Below, piece by piece: positions 23,922-35,150 of a stretch of 64,000 nucleotides of DNA. Source of the DNA: Veleropilina oligotropha (Eukaryota). Within the stretch, counting starts at the first letter, position 1; every line of letters begins with the position of its first letter. Where the stretch lies: assembly GCA_048128005.1 (NCBI GenBank), contig JBEUKZ010000107.1:496001-560000 (forward strand), in the 5' to 3' direction. A model generated the notes under the pieces. That model saw only the letters and a list, made by a program, of their open reading frames with translations, did not search any database and was not told the DNA's origin. Position numbers and translations under genes: made by a program.

Positions 23922-26900
23922 AGCTGATACACGGGAGGGTGGTAGTGGGTGGAACGGAGTAGATAAAAAGGTATATGTTTGGTAGTTGTGACTTTTACTA
24001 CTACAACTTTTAGATTGCCCTAATCTGAAGATCAAAGATCAGGCGATATACCGCAAAAAACCCCGAACTGGGAACACCGAGGCCGGGTAATAACCCGGCA
24101 CGACCCGGTAAAAAACCTGGCAAATTGGCTAGAACAAACGGGGGTTCTTTCTTAGAAAAAAACCGCCCAGAAAAACACCTGAAAACCTCGTGGATGTTAT
24201 GTTAGTACAATGGCGTATTATCCCAGAAACGGCAGGATATCAGAATAACTAATAGTGATATCTAAACGATCCTGCCTATTAACGACGCTAGAATTTTTAT
24301 ACAATAATAACCAGCAATAGCGTCGTTAAGGAATTATCCAATATAATGAGTTACCTGTTTGCAGTCTCAAACAATATCAGATAAAAATACCGACCAGATT
24401 TTTCTTCAACTACACGAAACTTCCCCTCTAAGCGGCCATGCTTTTCCCTGCAACAGCGGCGATGTCGGTTTCACTTGATGTTCACAACTTTTTTCTTTGA
24501 AGTTGTTATATCAGATCTTATATTCACTTGTGTTTGTTATCCACAACACAGGGTATATTCCACAACTTATATTATTCTAATATAAGATTTATAGCGTCCT
24601 AGATTTAACGTATAAACCAGCGGACATTCGAAATATTTGCGGAGCAAAAAACACGTCTTTCCGTCTCGGCGGAAAACTTTGAATTGAGGTCTTGTGACTT
24701 CGATGGTTCGGAAGTCTCGCGAGACTTGGCGAGATCTCGCTGGGAGAACTTAGGAGAGGGGGAGCAGGGGAGGTGATCGTAGTGTTTTGACTTAAAAGGA
24801 GTGCATAATGTGACTTTATTCACTGTTTCCGGTTGGCGATAATATGACTATTATGGCAAGAGTAAGGACGTAAGTATGTTTGTAACTACATATCAATATA
24901 ATCAATACCAAAGCATACATATGCCGATAAGACCCATAATAAAAACTTTAATTGAAAATTCTAATAAGAATTTCTATCTTAAAAATCACCAATTTATTTG
25001 CAATAATTAACTCAATTTTATCAAATATATTCACTGCCAGTCTCCGGTAACATTCATATAATCAATACCAAAGCATATAATATATGCCGAAGAGTTTCTT
25101 AAGCAAGTCATATACGCTCAATGAAAAACTTCAACCGTAAATTCTAATTAGAATTTCTATGTTACAAAACACCAATTTATTTGCATAAATTAAATTAAAT
25201 TTTATTCAATACCACTGCCAGAGAATCAGGTAACATTCATATAATCAATACCAAAGCATATATATGCCAAAAAGTCCCTTGAGCAAGCCATATACACTCA
25301 ATGAAAAACAGTAACCAAATTTCTATTTTCAAAAACAGCAATTTTATGCACTATCACTGCCATGTGCCATCCATATAACAATACCAAAGCACATAAATAT
25401 ATTCCTAAAACCGCCTTCAACAGCCCATTATATACACTCACTAAAGAACTTTAACCGAAAATTATAACAATAATTTCTATGTTCAAAAGCAAATGTTCAA
25501 ATATTATTAAATATCACTGCCAGAGTACCAGGTAATGTCCATATAATCAAGATCACAGCATACATATGCCAAAAAGTCCCTTAATCAAGCTATATACGCT
25601 CAACACTTTAATCGAAAATTCAAATCCAAATTTCTAATTTCAAAAACACTAATTTATTTGCATAAATTAAATTAAACTTTATTCATTATCACTGCCAGTG
25701 TACCAGGTAACATCCCCATATTCAATACCAAAGTGTCATGCATATGCCAAAAAGTTCCTTGAGCAAGCCACATACATTCCATGAAAAACTTTAATTTCTA
25801 TATTTAAAAACACCAATTTATTTGCATAAATTAAATTATATTTTATTCATTATCACTGCCAGAGTATCAGGTAACATCCATATAATCAATACCAAAGCAT
25901 GTATTTGCCAAAAAGTCCCTTGAGCAAGCCATATACACTCAATAAAAAACTTTAACCAAAAACTTAAACTTAAAATTCTAACCCAAATTTCTATGTTAAA
26001 AACCACCAATTTATTTGCATTAATTAAAATAAATTGTATTCAATATCACTGCCAGAGCACCAGGTAACATCCATATAATCTATATCAAAGCATGTATATG
26101 CCAAAAAGGCTCTTAAGCAAGCCATATAAACTCAATGAAAAACTTTAACCAAGAACTTTAACCGGAATTTCTATGTTCAAAAACACCACTTTATTTGCAT
26201 TAAATGAATTAAATTTTATTCATTATCACTGCTAGCATATCAGGTAACATCCATATAATCAATACTACTGCATATATAAGCCAAAAAGTCCCTTGGGCAA
26301 GCCATATACACCCAATGAAAAACTTTAACCAAAACAGCGGACATACGTACGTACGCCGTACGTACGTACGTACGTACGTACGTACGTACAGACAGAGTGA
26401 AAGCAATATGCCCCTCCGGACTATCGTCCCGGGGCATAAAAATATGACACAATGCATATATTGGGATCCAATTTCTTTACTTGACGTTGTAATTATGCAA
26501 TAAATAGTATATATTTTTTTAAACTTTTATGTCTTATCCATCTAAAAAGGTTTGATGATGATATTCAATCAATAAATCCATGAAAACCATTGGCTTTACT
26601 TTAAAAGTTTAATAAAACTGAGCATCTTCGACTAAGAATCTTCTTCAACAAATTAAAACTTATCTTATATAAAAAAGTGGCGGACTCTAATATCACTACA
26701 TTCTTAAATTCAACTGAGATATAAAGTGGTTACAGTTGCAAGTAAGCCAGTGTTGACACTTATACGACATTATTATCCGTTGTGCACACATTGCGAAAAC
26801 CAAAATTACACGATAAAAAATAACATTCATAGTTTCAAAATATAAGTTGACCTTTGACTCACTGATTGTGTTCACATAATAAATTTTAATGCTTTATCAA

Positions 26901-29900
26901 TAATACAAATACGTTGTCTTTAAACTATATGTTTGGTTTCTTTTTAATTTTATTGGAAATATTAGCTGATAATTTGAACCCTGACAAAAGTGATATTAGA
27001 CACTCAGGATACATTCTGCTCATGTAATGACAAATATACTGTCATTACACGATACCATTGAAACGAACCAATGGGAAGCCAGTTTCAAAATCATCTAATT
27101 TCCGATTTTGATAATCCTAGCTCCTCAGAATGACCATTAAGCGTAACAGCTTACTGTGCCTAATGGCAGTGAGCAAGTCTTACAGATAAGCAGATGTCAT
27201 TTACCTTTGCACACACAAAATATTTATGTAAGTATACAAAACAAAGAAAAATACTCTTCTAAAATGCTATTTCTATTCATAGAAAGAATGTTAATACATA
27301 ATGCTCAATATTTCAAGGCATATTCTAACTTCTCAGTTACAGCTTCTACAATGTCAACGTACCAGCTGCTGATGACAATAGCTCTACTGTTCTTCACAGG
27401 CGAGCTAAAAAGTGGCTTCAACAGCCCATGTACATAAAAAAAGAAGTTTAATTTATATGTTAAACAAGAACCACGGTCCGATATGTCTCGCCCTTTAAAT
27501 ATATATATATCAATGTATCAGAAAATTCCATTCAATGAAAAACTTTAACCGACAAAACTTTAACCAAAATTTCTATGTCCAAAAAAACCAATTTCATGCA
27601 TTATTTATATACAATTCCAGTCAATAACAGTTCCAGAGTATCAGGTGTTGTCCATATAACCATTACCAATGCATATGTATGCATAAAAGTGCCTTTAGCA
27701 ACCCATACACATGCAATGAAAAACTTTAACCTAAAAAACTTTAACCAAAATTTATATGTCCAAAAACACCAATTTCATGCATTATTTATATAAAATTCCA
27801 GTCAATAACAGTTCCAGAGTATCAGGTGTTGTCCATATAACCATTACCAATGCATATGTATGCATAAAAGTGCCTTTAGCAACCCATACACATGCAATGA
27901 AAAAAGTTTAACTGAAAAAACTTTGATGTCCAAAAACACCAATTTCATGCATTATTTATATAAAATTCCAGTCAATAACAGTTCCAGAGTATCAGGTGTT
28001 GTCCATATAACCATTACCAATGCATATGTATGCATAAAAGTGCCTTTAGCAACCCATACACATGCAATGAAAAACTTTAACCCAAAACTTTAACCAAAAT
28101 TTCTATGTCAAAAAACACCAATTTCATGCATTATTTATATAAAATTCCAGTCAATAACAGTTCCAGAGTATCAGGTGTTGTCCATATAACCATTACCAAT
28201 GCATATGTATGCATAAAAACTTTAAACAAAAATTTTAACCAAAATTTCTATGTCCAAAAACACCAATTTCATGCATTATTTATATAAAATTCCAGTCAAT
28301 AACAGTTCCAGAGTATCAGGTGTTGTCCATATAACCATTACCAATGCATATGTATGCATAAAAGTGCCTTTAGCAACCCATACACATGCAATGAAAAACT
28401 TTAACCCAAAACTTTAACCAAAATTTCTATGTCAAAAAAAACCAATTTCATGCATTATTTATATAAAATTCCAGTCAATAACAGTTCCAGAGTATCAGGT
28501 GTTGTCCATATAACCATTACCAATGCATATGTATGCATAAAAGTGCCTTTAGCAACCCATACACATGCAATGAAAAACTTTAACCCAAAACATTAACCAA
28601 AATTTCTATGTCAAAAAACACCAATTTCATGCATTATTTATATAAAATTCCAGTCAATAACAGTTCCAGAGTATCAGGTGTTGTCAATATGAGGTTTTAA
28701 TGTAAACCTAATATTAGTATAAAACATACTTACGTCCTTACTCTTGCCATAATAGCATATTATCGCCCAAACCGGAAATGGTGAATATGTCCCATAATGC
28801 ACCGTTATAAGCCAAAAAAAGCACACGGTTACCTCCCCTGCTCCTACCCACCACGTTCCCTAGCGAGACTTCGCCAAGTCTCGTGAGACTTCTGAACAAT
28901 AGAAGTCACATGACATCAATTCAAAGTTCAAAAACCACAAAGGAACGTAGTAGAGGGGAGGAATGCGAAACGCAGGGTGGGTAATCGTGTAAGGACGTAA
29001 GTATGTTTTATACTAATATTAGGTTTACATTAAAACCTCATATATAGTTACAAACATACTTACGTCCTTACTCTTGCCAGAATAACCTTGGATAGGTGGG
29101 TAAGACGTTCCTTACAACAAACCCAAACAAGATAATGACTTACTTTTCACCAATTCGATCAGCATGAAGCGTCGAGTGTGTCCGCCTAGAGTGGAATTTT
29201 TACTGAGTATTATATTCTACTCTTACCAGGCGAGAATTTCGACCAGTGTTACCGGGAGAATACGCCGTGGTGTTAGTCGGACGAGGTGAACGGAAGTGCA
29301 ATCAGCCCCTGGCACGGCCGGAAGGATAAATCCCTGTAGGTCTTACGTGTCATGGACCAGTGGCAGCCAAATGGGACTCCGGGCCTATAGGCCGGTAGCC
29401 AGAGGATGCAGTCGGATTTGTAAGCACACGGAACCTAACAGGTTGTGAAAGCTTTAAAATCAAAAGCAAAGAATTAATAGATTATATAATAATCGATATT
29501 AATAAGTAGTTCGTATGACCAACTTGCGAACGCTAACATGGACGACATGTCACTTAAAATAAATTTTAAGGAAGCAAAAATGTTCGACATGTTACTTAAA
29601 AATAAATGTTAAGGAATCAACATTTTAAATGTATTGAACATCGTATGTTCGATTACAGCAAAGAACATAATAATATTGAACCCTAATCTTTTTAAGATTT
29701 GTGCAAAATTATCAAAGTTGTTTTATTAAATTCAATGTGATCTGGCTTATGTCAACACTCAGTCTGACATGAGAAGTACAAAATCTTAAATTAGATTTAA
29801 GAAATGAACAGACATTGAACTGCCCCATAGGTGTTAATTACATAGCACCGTTTGGCCAACGAAAATAAAATGGCGTCAGTAAATATGCAAATGATCAATC

Positions 29901-29912
29901 AGAGAACAATAC

Positions 29913-32870
29913 TTACTGATTAGAAGACCTCGGTCTAACAATAACCCTTTGTGCAGCAACACAGTGTAAACTGCTTAGGCCATCAGCCCCGGTTGAGTAG
30001 TCGCGCAGATAATGTTTGACAAACACGTTAGCGTTTTTCCAATATCCGGCCTGTAGTAACGCATTGATATTTAAATTATGTCGGAAGGCTACAGACGCTG
30101 CAATGGCCCGGACCTCATGTGCGCGCACCGATAAAATAGTTCGGTCTTCGTTGTCACAGCGGATGTATACATCTCTCACTGTCTGTGAAATCCACCGCGA
30201 AACAGTAGTCCTCGTAATGTCGCGGGTGTAGGTGGGCAAATACGATATGAATAAACGTAATTTTCCCTGTCGCAACTCACGGGTTCTGTCTAGGTAGAAC
30301 CGAAGCGCCCGGACCGGGCAATTGAAGCGGTCTGCGTCGCGCCTTCCGACTAGCGTTAGCTTGGGAATAACAACATCGGGTGCGTCCTCGTTCGGCCGCT
30401 GGTTCTTGGCTAAGAAGCCCAGAATGGGACGCAGTATCACCGACCCGTCTGACTGGAATCGTATGTCTCTTAGCTCGGAGGAGAAAGCATGAATCTCGGA
30501 ACAACGCCTGCCCGACGCTAAGGCGATCAGAAAAACTGTTTTGTGCGTCAAGTTCCTCATGGTTATCTCGGACATCGGCTCATACGGGGGTAAGAGTAAT
30601 GCGTTAAGAATAAGTACGATATTCCAGGCAGGTGGCTTAATTCTCCGGGTCGGTATCTCGAGTTCATAAGATCGTATAAAATCTGATATCGTTCGGTCGC
30701 TTGATAGGCCAGCATGGGCACGACACTGCTTTAGCGTGGTCGCGATCGTTGCCCGATAGCCTTTGACGGCGGACACTGACATACCGCGGTCGAAGAGCGA
30801 CGATAAAAACTCGATAAACTTGTTCACAGGGGGACGGAGTATATTGATCTGCCTGCTGTGACACCAATCCACGTACTTAACCCATCGGTAGTCATAGACT
30901 TTTGTAGTGGAAATCCTTCTCGATTGGTAGATACGTAAGGCTGTAGCTTTAGAAAATCCTTTCTTAGCAAGGGATCGTTCGATAACCGCCAGGCGTGTAA
31001 ACGTAAGTGGTTCGGCGACTCGTGGAGTACACGGGTGCGTGGTTGCATTAACAGGTCTAGTTTCTGCGGTAACGCTAACGGTCGATCGACGATCAGATCG
31101 AGGAGGGTCGGAAACCAAGGTTGCGTGCGATACAGGGGCGCTATTAGCGTTATCTCGCAACGTTCGGTCGCTGCCTTCTGTAATACCAGTGATAGAATGC
31201 ACGTCGGGGGGAAGGCATACGCGGACAGATTCTCCCATGTCATTGACATTGCGTCGACCGCCAGGGCGGCCGGGTCTGGGTACGGGGAGACATACAGAGG
31301 TAGTCGGTAATTGAATTCTGTTGCAAACAAGTCGACTTGGGGTTGCGACCACCGGCGGCAAACATCCCGAGCTACTCGGCTGTGTAGCGTCCATTCTGTG
31401 TGTATAATCTGTGATCTCCGAGAGAGCGAATCCGCTCTGACATTCAGCTTTCCCGGGATGTGTCGGGCTCGAATCGTCGAGTTGAGGGACATCACTAAGC
31501 GGTGTAGGTCTATTGCTCGGTCGCATAGGGGACGCGAGCGTGTACCGCCCTGGTGCTGTATGTAAGCGACGACAGTCGTGTTGTCCGTGGCGAGCATTAT
31601 ATGCTTGTTGCGGAGATGTGACGAGAGGGACCGTACTGACAGGTAGACGGCTTCTAGCTCTAGGAGGTTGATATGTCGTCCCTGAAGGTCTGTCGGCCAT
31701 AGGCCTGATGTCTCGTAACTGTCGAGGTGACCACCCCAGCCGTCGTTCGAAGCGTCTGTGAACAGGTAAGCGTTCGGCTCTGGTGGGGATATAGGAACCG
31801 ACTGGTCCGGCAAAGCGGGGTTCAACCACACTGCTGTCGTGTCGGTAAACCAATGCCGTAGATCGATGCGATCCTTCCACTGCCCCGTCCGTTGTATCCA
31901 GCGATCCCTGAAAGCCTGTTGTAACGGTCTTTTGTCCATGCGACCCGTCGGTAGCAGGGGCGCTACCGACTCGATGTGCCCCAGGACAGTGGCCAGTTGT
32001 CGCGCCGTAGTTATGTCCGATGACAGGGTGTCTTGGATAACCGCGCGTAGGTTCCGCATACGCTTCTGGGTCGGCTTCGCGGTGTACCGGACCGTATCGA
32101 AGTCGACTCCGAGGAACGTAAACGTCGTCGAGGGCACGAAGCAGGATTTTGTCTCGTTGATCTGAAATCCCAGGCGCTTCGTCGATGACAGGGTAAAGCT
32201 CGTAGACCGGAGGCACAGATCTCGGGACGCCCCGAGGATCAGCCAGTCGTCGAGGTACATATGTACCCTGTGCCCTAGAGAATGTAGGAAGGCCCCCAGG
32301 GCCTGTACTGTTCTCGTGAAGACGTACGGGGCTGACGATAGACCGAAAGGTAGGCACCTGAATTGGTAGATCGTCTCCCCGTGTATAAACCGAAGGTACT
32401 GATGAGCCGTGATATGCATCGGGACATGCAGATACGCGTCGGCGAGATCGATAGACGCTGCCCAGTCGCCCGGACGGATGGCCGCTCGAATCTTCGAGAG
32501 GGTTTCTTGCTGGAATTTCTCGGTACGAAGATATAGGTTTAGGTACGAGAGATCGAGGATCGGTCTCCAGCGGCCATCGGGTTTCGGGACCAGGAAGAAA
32601 TGGCTGTAAAATCCTGGTGTGCTGGGCGGCGCGGGATATATCGCTCTTTTTAGGAGCAAATCCCGCACTGCCTGGTCTAAGACCGCTTGTTTTTCTCCGT
32701 TTAGGAGGCGAGCGTGTCTTGTTGGTGGTGCCTCGGTTAAGGTCGGATGCCGGTTGAATGCCAACTTGTATCCGGCACTCACGACTAAGTGGACCCAGTT
32801 GCTGTCTGTCAGCTCTAGCCAGGGCTGGCTGTGTGCTAACAGGCACGCTCCCACCGGCGGGAGCGGGCAA
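29913..32870 (-). CDS. DIRS copy B ORF3: tyrosine recombinase in a long frame overlapping ORF2
   Basis: R-HxxR-W-Y residues (ASGRRCSEI, HEVR, GYW, KHYL); true start unknown because the ORF track start is TTG. Confidence 0.9.
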   Translation of the reverse strand: MPAPAGGSVPVSTQPALARADRQQLGPLSRECRIQVGIQPASDLNRGTTNKTRSPPKRRKTSGLRPGSAGFAPKKSDISRAAQHTRILQPFLPGPETRWPLETDPRSLVPKPISSYREIPARNPLEDSSGHPSGRLGSVYRSRRRVSACPDAYHGSSVPSVYTRGDDLPIQVPTFRSIVSPVRLHENSTGPGGLPTFSRAQGTYVPRRLADPRGVPRSVPPVYELYPVIDEAPGISDQRDKILLRALDDVYVPRSRLRYGPVHREADPEAYAEPTRGYPRHPVIGHNYGATTGHCPGAHRVGSAPATDGSHGQKTVTTGFQGSLDTTDGAVEGSHRSTALVYRHDSSVVEPRFAGPVGSYIPTRAERLPVHRRFERRLGWSPRQLRDIRPMADRPSGTTYQPPRARSRLPVSTVPLVTSPQQAYNARHGQHDCRRLHTAPGRYTLASPMRPSNRPTPLSDVPQLDDSSPTHPGKAECQSGFALSEITDYTHRMDATQPSSSGCLPPVVATPSRLVCNRIQLPTTSVCLPVPRPGRPGGRRNVNDMGESVRVCLPPDVHSITGITEGSDRTLRDNANSAPVSHATLVSDPPRSDRRSTVSVTAETRPVNATTHPCTPRVAEPLTFTRLAVIERSLAKKGFSKATALRIYQSRRISTTKVYDYRWVKYVDWCHSRQINILRPPVNKFIEFLSSLFDRGMSVSAVKGYRATIATTLKQCRAHAGLSSDRTISDFIRSYELEIPTRRIKPPAWNIVLILNALLLPPYEPMSEITMRNLTHKTVFLIALASGRRCSEIHAFSSELRDIRFQSDGSVILRPILGFLAKNQRPNEDAPDVVIPKLTLVGRRDADRFNCPVRALRFYLDRTRELRQGKLRLFISYLPTYTRDITRTTVSRWISQTVRDVYIRCDNEDRTILSVRAHEVRAIAASVAFRHNLNINALLQAGYWKNANVFVKHYLRDYSTGADGLSSLHCVAAQRVIVRPRSSNQ

Positions 32871-33106
32871 CTGGGGCCGTCGCGAATGCCGGCAGCCCTA
32901 GGGCCGAGGCTTCCCTCTCCCGCTCTGCTTGCGGGATTTCGTTGGAGGTGCTTGCCTCTTTGGAGTGGGTTTATTGGCCGGAGGCCTACCACCCGAAGAG
33001 GGCTTCGCACGCTTAGAAGGCTTCGGGGCCGGGGTGGGCCCGGAGCGCTTCTTCGAGTTGGCAGGTGGACCCCGGGTGGGGAGCAGTACTGCCTTCTCGA
33101 TGGCAC
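30824..33106 (-). CDS. DIRS copy B ORF2: reverse transcriptase + RNase H + Dam-like adenine methyltransferase domain
   Basis: RPILDL, LPFGLSSAP and YLDD (RT); FTDAS, HINLLELEA, TDNTT and ADSLSR (RNase H); DLFA...YAFPP...QPWF (MT-like). Confidence 0.93.
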   Translation of the reverse strand: MPSRRQYCSPPGVHLPTRRSAPGPPRPRSLLSVRSPLRVVGLRPINPLQRGKHLQRNPASRAGEGSLGPRAAGIRDGPSCPLPPVGACLLAHSQPWLELTDSNWVHLVVSAGYKLAFNRHPTLTEAPPTRHARLLNGEKQAVLDQAVRDLLLKRAIYPAPPSTPGFYSHFFLVPKPDGRWRPILDLSYLNLYLRTEKFQQETLSKIRAAIRPGDWAASIDLADAYLHVPMHITAHQYLRFIHGETIYQFRCLPFGLSSAPYVFTRTVQALGAFLHSLGHRVHMYLDDWLILGASRDLCLRSTSFTLSSTKRLGFQINETKSCFVPSTTFTFLGVDFDTVRYTAKPTQKRMRNLRAVIQDTLSSDITTARQLATVLGHIESVAPLLPTGRMDKRPLQQAFRDRWIQRTGQWKDRIDLRHWFTDTTAVWLNPALPDQSVPISPPEPNAYLFTDASNDGWGGHLDSYETSGLWPTDLQGRHINLLELEAVYLSVRSLSSHLRNKHIMLATDNTTVVAYIQHQGGTRSRPLCDRAIDLHRLVMSLNSTIRARHIPGKLNVRADSLSRRSQIIHTEWTLHSRVARDVCRRWSQPQVDLFATEFNYRLPLYVSPYPDPAALAVDAMSMTWENLSAYAFPPTCILSLVLQKAATERCEITLIAPLYRTQPWFPTLLDLIVDRPLALPQKLDLLMQPRTRVLHESPNHLRLHAWRLSNDPLLRKDFLKLQPYVSTNREGFPLQKSMTTDGLSTWIGVTAGRSIYSVPL

Positions 33107-35150
33107 GGTCCTTCATGTCCGCCGCTCTCTTGTCAACAAACTCCGTGAAGTTGTCACCAAAGAGAGTGGTGGCCGAGCAAGGTACGCATCGCAACGAGCG
33201 CCGGGTGGGCTCGTCCAGCGAGGTACCTTCCAGGCAAGCATCCCTACGAAGTAGGAGGGCATTGCCCAGGACACGTCCCGTCTCCAACGCGCTGGTCTCC
33301 TGCGCGGCAGCAACCTCCTGGAGGAAGGACAGGGCAGCCTCGGTGGCGCCGGGTCCATTCTCCTGTAGTACGGCTATCGCGCCGTCCAGGAAGAAGTCCT
33401 GAACAGACGATAGCCGTAGAGCCCGTCGGGCGGCGCTCTCGAAAGCTTCCAAGGCGGACCAAGGAACTTTCGCTACGGAGGGAGTGTGACTGGCGGTCAG
33501 TCGACGCAACGAAGCGTCAACACGAGCCGGCTCAGTCGCCAGGCACGGACCAGTGCATTCGAACGGGATCGCTCGAGTACTGGCCCGGAGGTACCTCCCA
33601 CTACGGAACCCCGAAGGGAACTCGTTCAGCGGGGAGGACTCCACCGGATTGCGCCCCTGAACGAGCTTGGTGATCGAGTCTACAACCAGATCTACCAGCC
33701 CGGACTGAGGTAAGGAGGGGAGCTCGGGGGCTTCCCTCGCAACAAACCGATGTGCTGCCGTCCTGTGCTTGACTACGTCTACAGCCGACCGAGTCGGTTC
33801 CGACAAGCCAAGCACCCCGCGAAGTGACGCAACGGCGTCGAGCCTTCGGCGGGTGGAGGAGGTCGGCTCCTGCGTGCCTGTAAGACTAATGTCTTCGGGC
33901 CCGACCGATTCAGGGAGGTCGGTGTGATTGGAACCGAGGTCCTCGTCGGAACGAGGGTCGATGTCCATCACTGTGGCAGGAGCCGTGCTCTGCGCCATGG
34001 GCAGATGTGTAGGTACCTGGTGCGGCTCGGGAGCCGTCGGCCAGGCCTTACACCGTTCCTCGATCCCCGCCGCGATCCATGCCTGGACGTTCTCAAAAGA
34101 GAAACCCGAAGGCAGGACGGGCGACGAACTAACAGCCGGTAGTTCTGTCGAGGTAACCGTGGCGCTAGGTAGACGGGCTGCATTGACAGGTCGAACCGAG
34201 GACCAGGGTCCACGGGCACTTGTCGAGGGGTCGAACCCGAAGGACTGGCCCGAAGGCACAGTCAGTGGGCCGGACGACCGATAGGACTGCGGCAACAGTT
34301 CTGATCGGTCTACCACTCTGCTCGAGCGAGGCACGGACGGAAAACCGCCGTAGAACCCCGTCCCGAACGCAGCCGGTCTGTCCACGTTCTCTAGCGTGAC
34401 CACGGTGGGTGCACGGGAGAGACCGGGCCCTCTGAATGTCTCGTGAGCTTCGAGGTTGAGCGGAAAACCCCTAGGGGAAGTCGCATCGTTCTCGACCGAG
34501 GATTCAGGTTTCGCCGATTGTCCGAGTCTTAGACCTACAAGTAGGTGCCCGGCCTCTTTAAAGGCTTTCTCTGCATTGGGTCTGTCACCGTAGGAAGACG
34601 GTGAGTTTCCCGCAGAAGGACTAACTGTCCCCTTATTCTTCGAGGCCGAAGAAAAGGATGGGGATAGTCTGCCCTGTTCAGCTGTTCGCTGCGCTGTCAT
34701 GTATACCTTGCTAGCCGGCAAGGTATGGCTGACTGCAGTTACTAGGCCCAGTTGTGGAGGATCGGTCGACACTCGGGTCTTTACCTGAATCTGGGGTACC
34801 GGCAAGGTTTCGGTGACTCCCCGAAGAGTCGCGGAGGTTTCGCCGGTGGATCCGGCGACAGACGTCCCCTTGTGTCGGCTGTCGTCCAGCGTCCCTGAAG
34901 CAGACAATGAAGAAACATTATGTTGTAACTTACCGGTCTCTTCATGACCCTTCTCCGGGGGAGGACCCACCGTGGCAGCCGCCCTGGTCGACTTACCCTG
35001 GTGAGACAGGACTGCCCACTGCTTATCTGATAGAAGAAAGCACAGATCACATTGATGTTGTATATTACAGCTACGGTGAATACGACATTCCTTGTGCCTA
35101 TCAAATCCGTGAATTTTCTGGTTACACCCGGAGCTACTGCACCGGACCAT
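32898..35150 (-). CDS. DIRS copy B gag-like ORF1 with N-terminal Cys/His-rich zinc-finger-like motif
   Basis: ATG at 35150 (MVRCSSSGC..H..C..H..C..CDLC); open to the stop at 32898. Confidence 0.85.
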   Translation of the reverse strand: MVRCSSSGCNQKIHGFDRHKECRIHRSCNIQHQCDLCFLLSDKQWAVLSHQGKSTRAAATVGPPPEKGHEETGKLQHNVSSLSASGTLDDSRHKGTSVAGSTGETSATLRGVTETLPVPQIQVKTRVSTDPPQLGLVTAVSHTLPASKVYMTAQRTAEQGRLSPSFSSASKNKGTVSPSAGNSPSSYGDRPNAEKAFKEAGHLLVGLRLGQSAKPESSVENDATSPRGFPLNLEAHETFRGPGLSRAPTVVTLENVDRPAAFGTGFYGGFPSVPRSSRVVDRSELLPQSYRSSGPLTVPSGQSFGFDPSTSARGPWSSVRPVNAARLPSATVTSTELPAVSSSPVLPSGFSFENVQAWIAAGIEERCKAWPTAPEPHQVPTHLPMAQSTAPATVMDIDPRSDEDLGSNHTDLPESVGPEDISLTGTQEPTSSTRRRLDAVASLRGVLGLSEPTRSAVDVVKHRTAAHRFVAREAPELPSLPQSGLVDLVVDSITKLVQGRNPVESSPLNEFPSGFRSGRYLRASTRAIPFECTGPCLATEPARVDASLRRLTASHTPSVAKVPWSALEAFESAARRALRLSSVQDFFLDGAIAVLQENGPGATEAALSFLQEVAAAQETSALETGRVLGNALLLRRDACLEGTSLDEPTRRSLRCVPCSATTLFGDNFTEFVDKRAADMKDRAIEKAVLLPTRGPPANSKKRSGPTPAPKPSKRAKPSSGGRPPANKPTPKRQAPPTKSRKQSGRGKPRP

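Larger units (their letters stand above)
16922..24893 (-). mobile_element. DIRS1-type tyrosine-recombinase retrotransposon, copy A (full length, frameshifted)
   Basis: ITRs 16954-17160 and 24675-24881; ICR about 17220-17310; gag, RT/RNase H/MT and YR coding regions; no TSD. Confidence 0.95.
15966..26441 (+). repeat. HINE-like diverged tandem-repeat element(s) (AAAACTTTAACC family), host of DIRS A
   Basis: 5' motif CTATGTTCCCCGGAACATGGGTATGCCCC at 15967 and about 16543; (ACGT)n at 26345-26388; 3' hairpin ATGCCCC...GGGGCATAAAA. Confidence 0.6.

Noticed and set aside
27156..27437. 93-aa ORF or possible extra SPEF2 exon in intron 4
   Set aside because: Exons 4 and 5 already join in phase with continuous SPEF2-like sequence; the segment resembles a common repeat end (tttttagctc...gagctattgtcatc on the minus strand)
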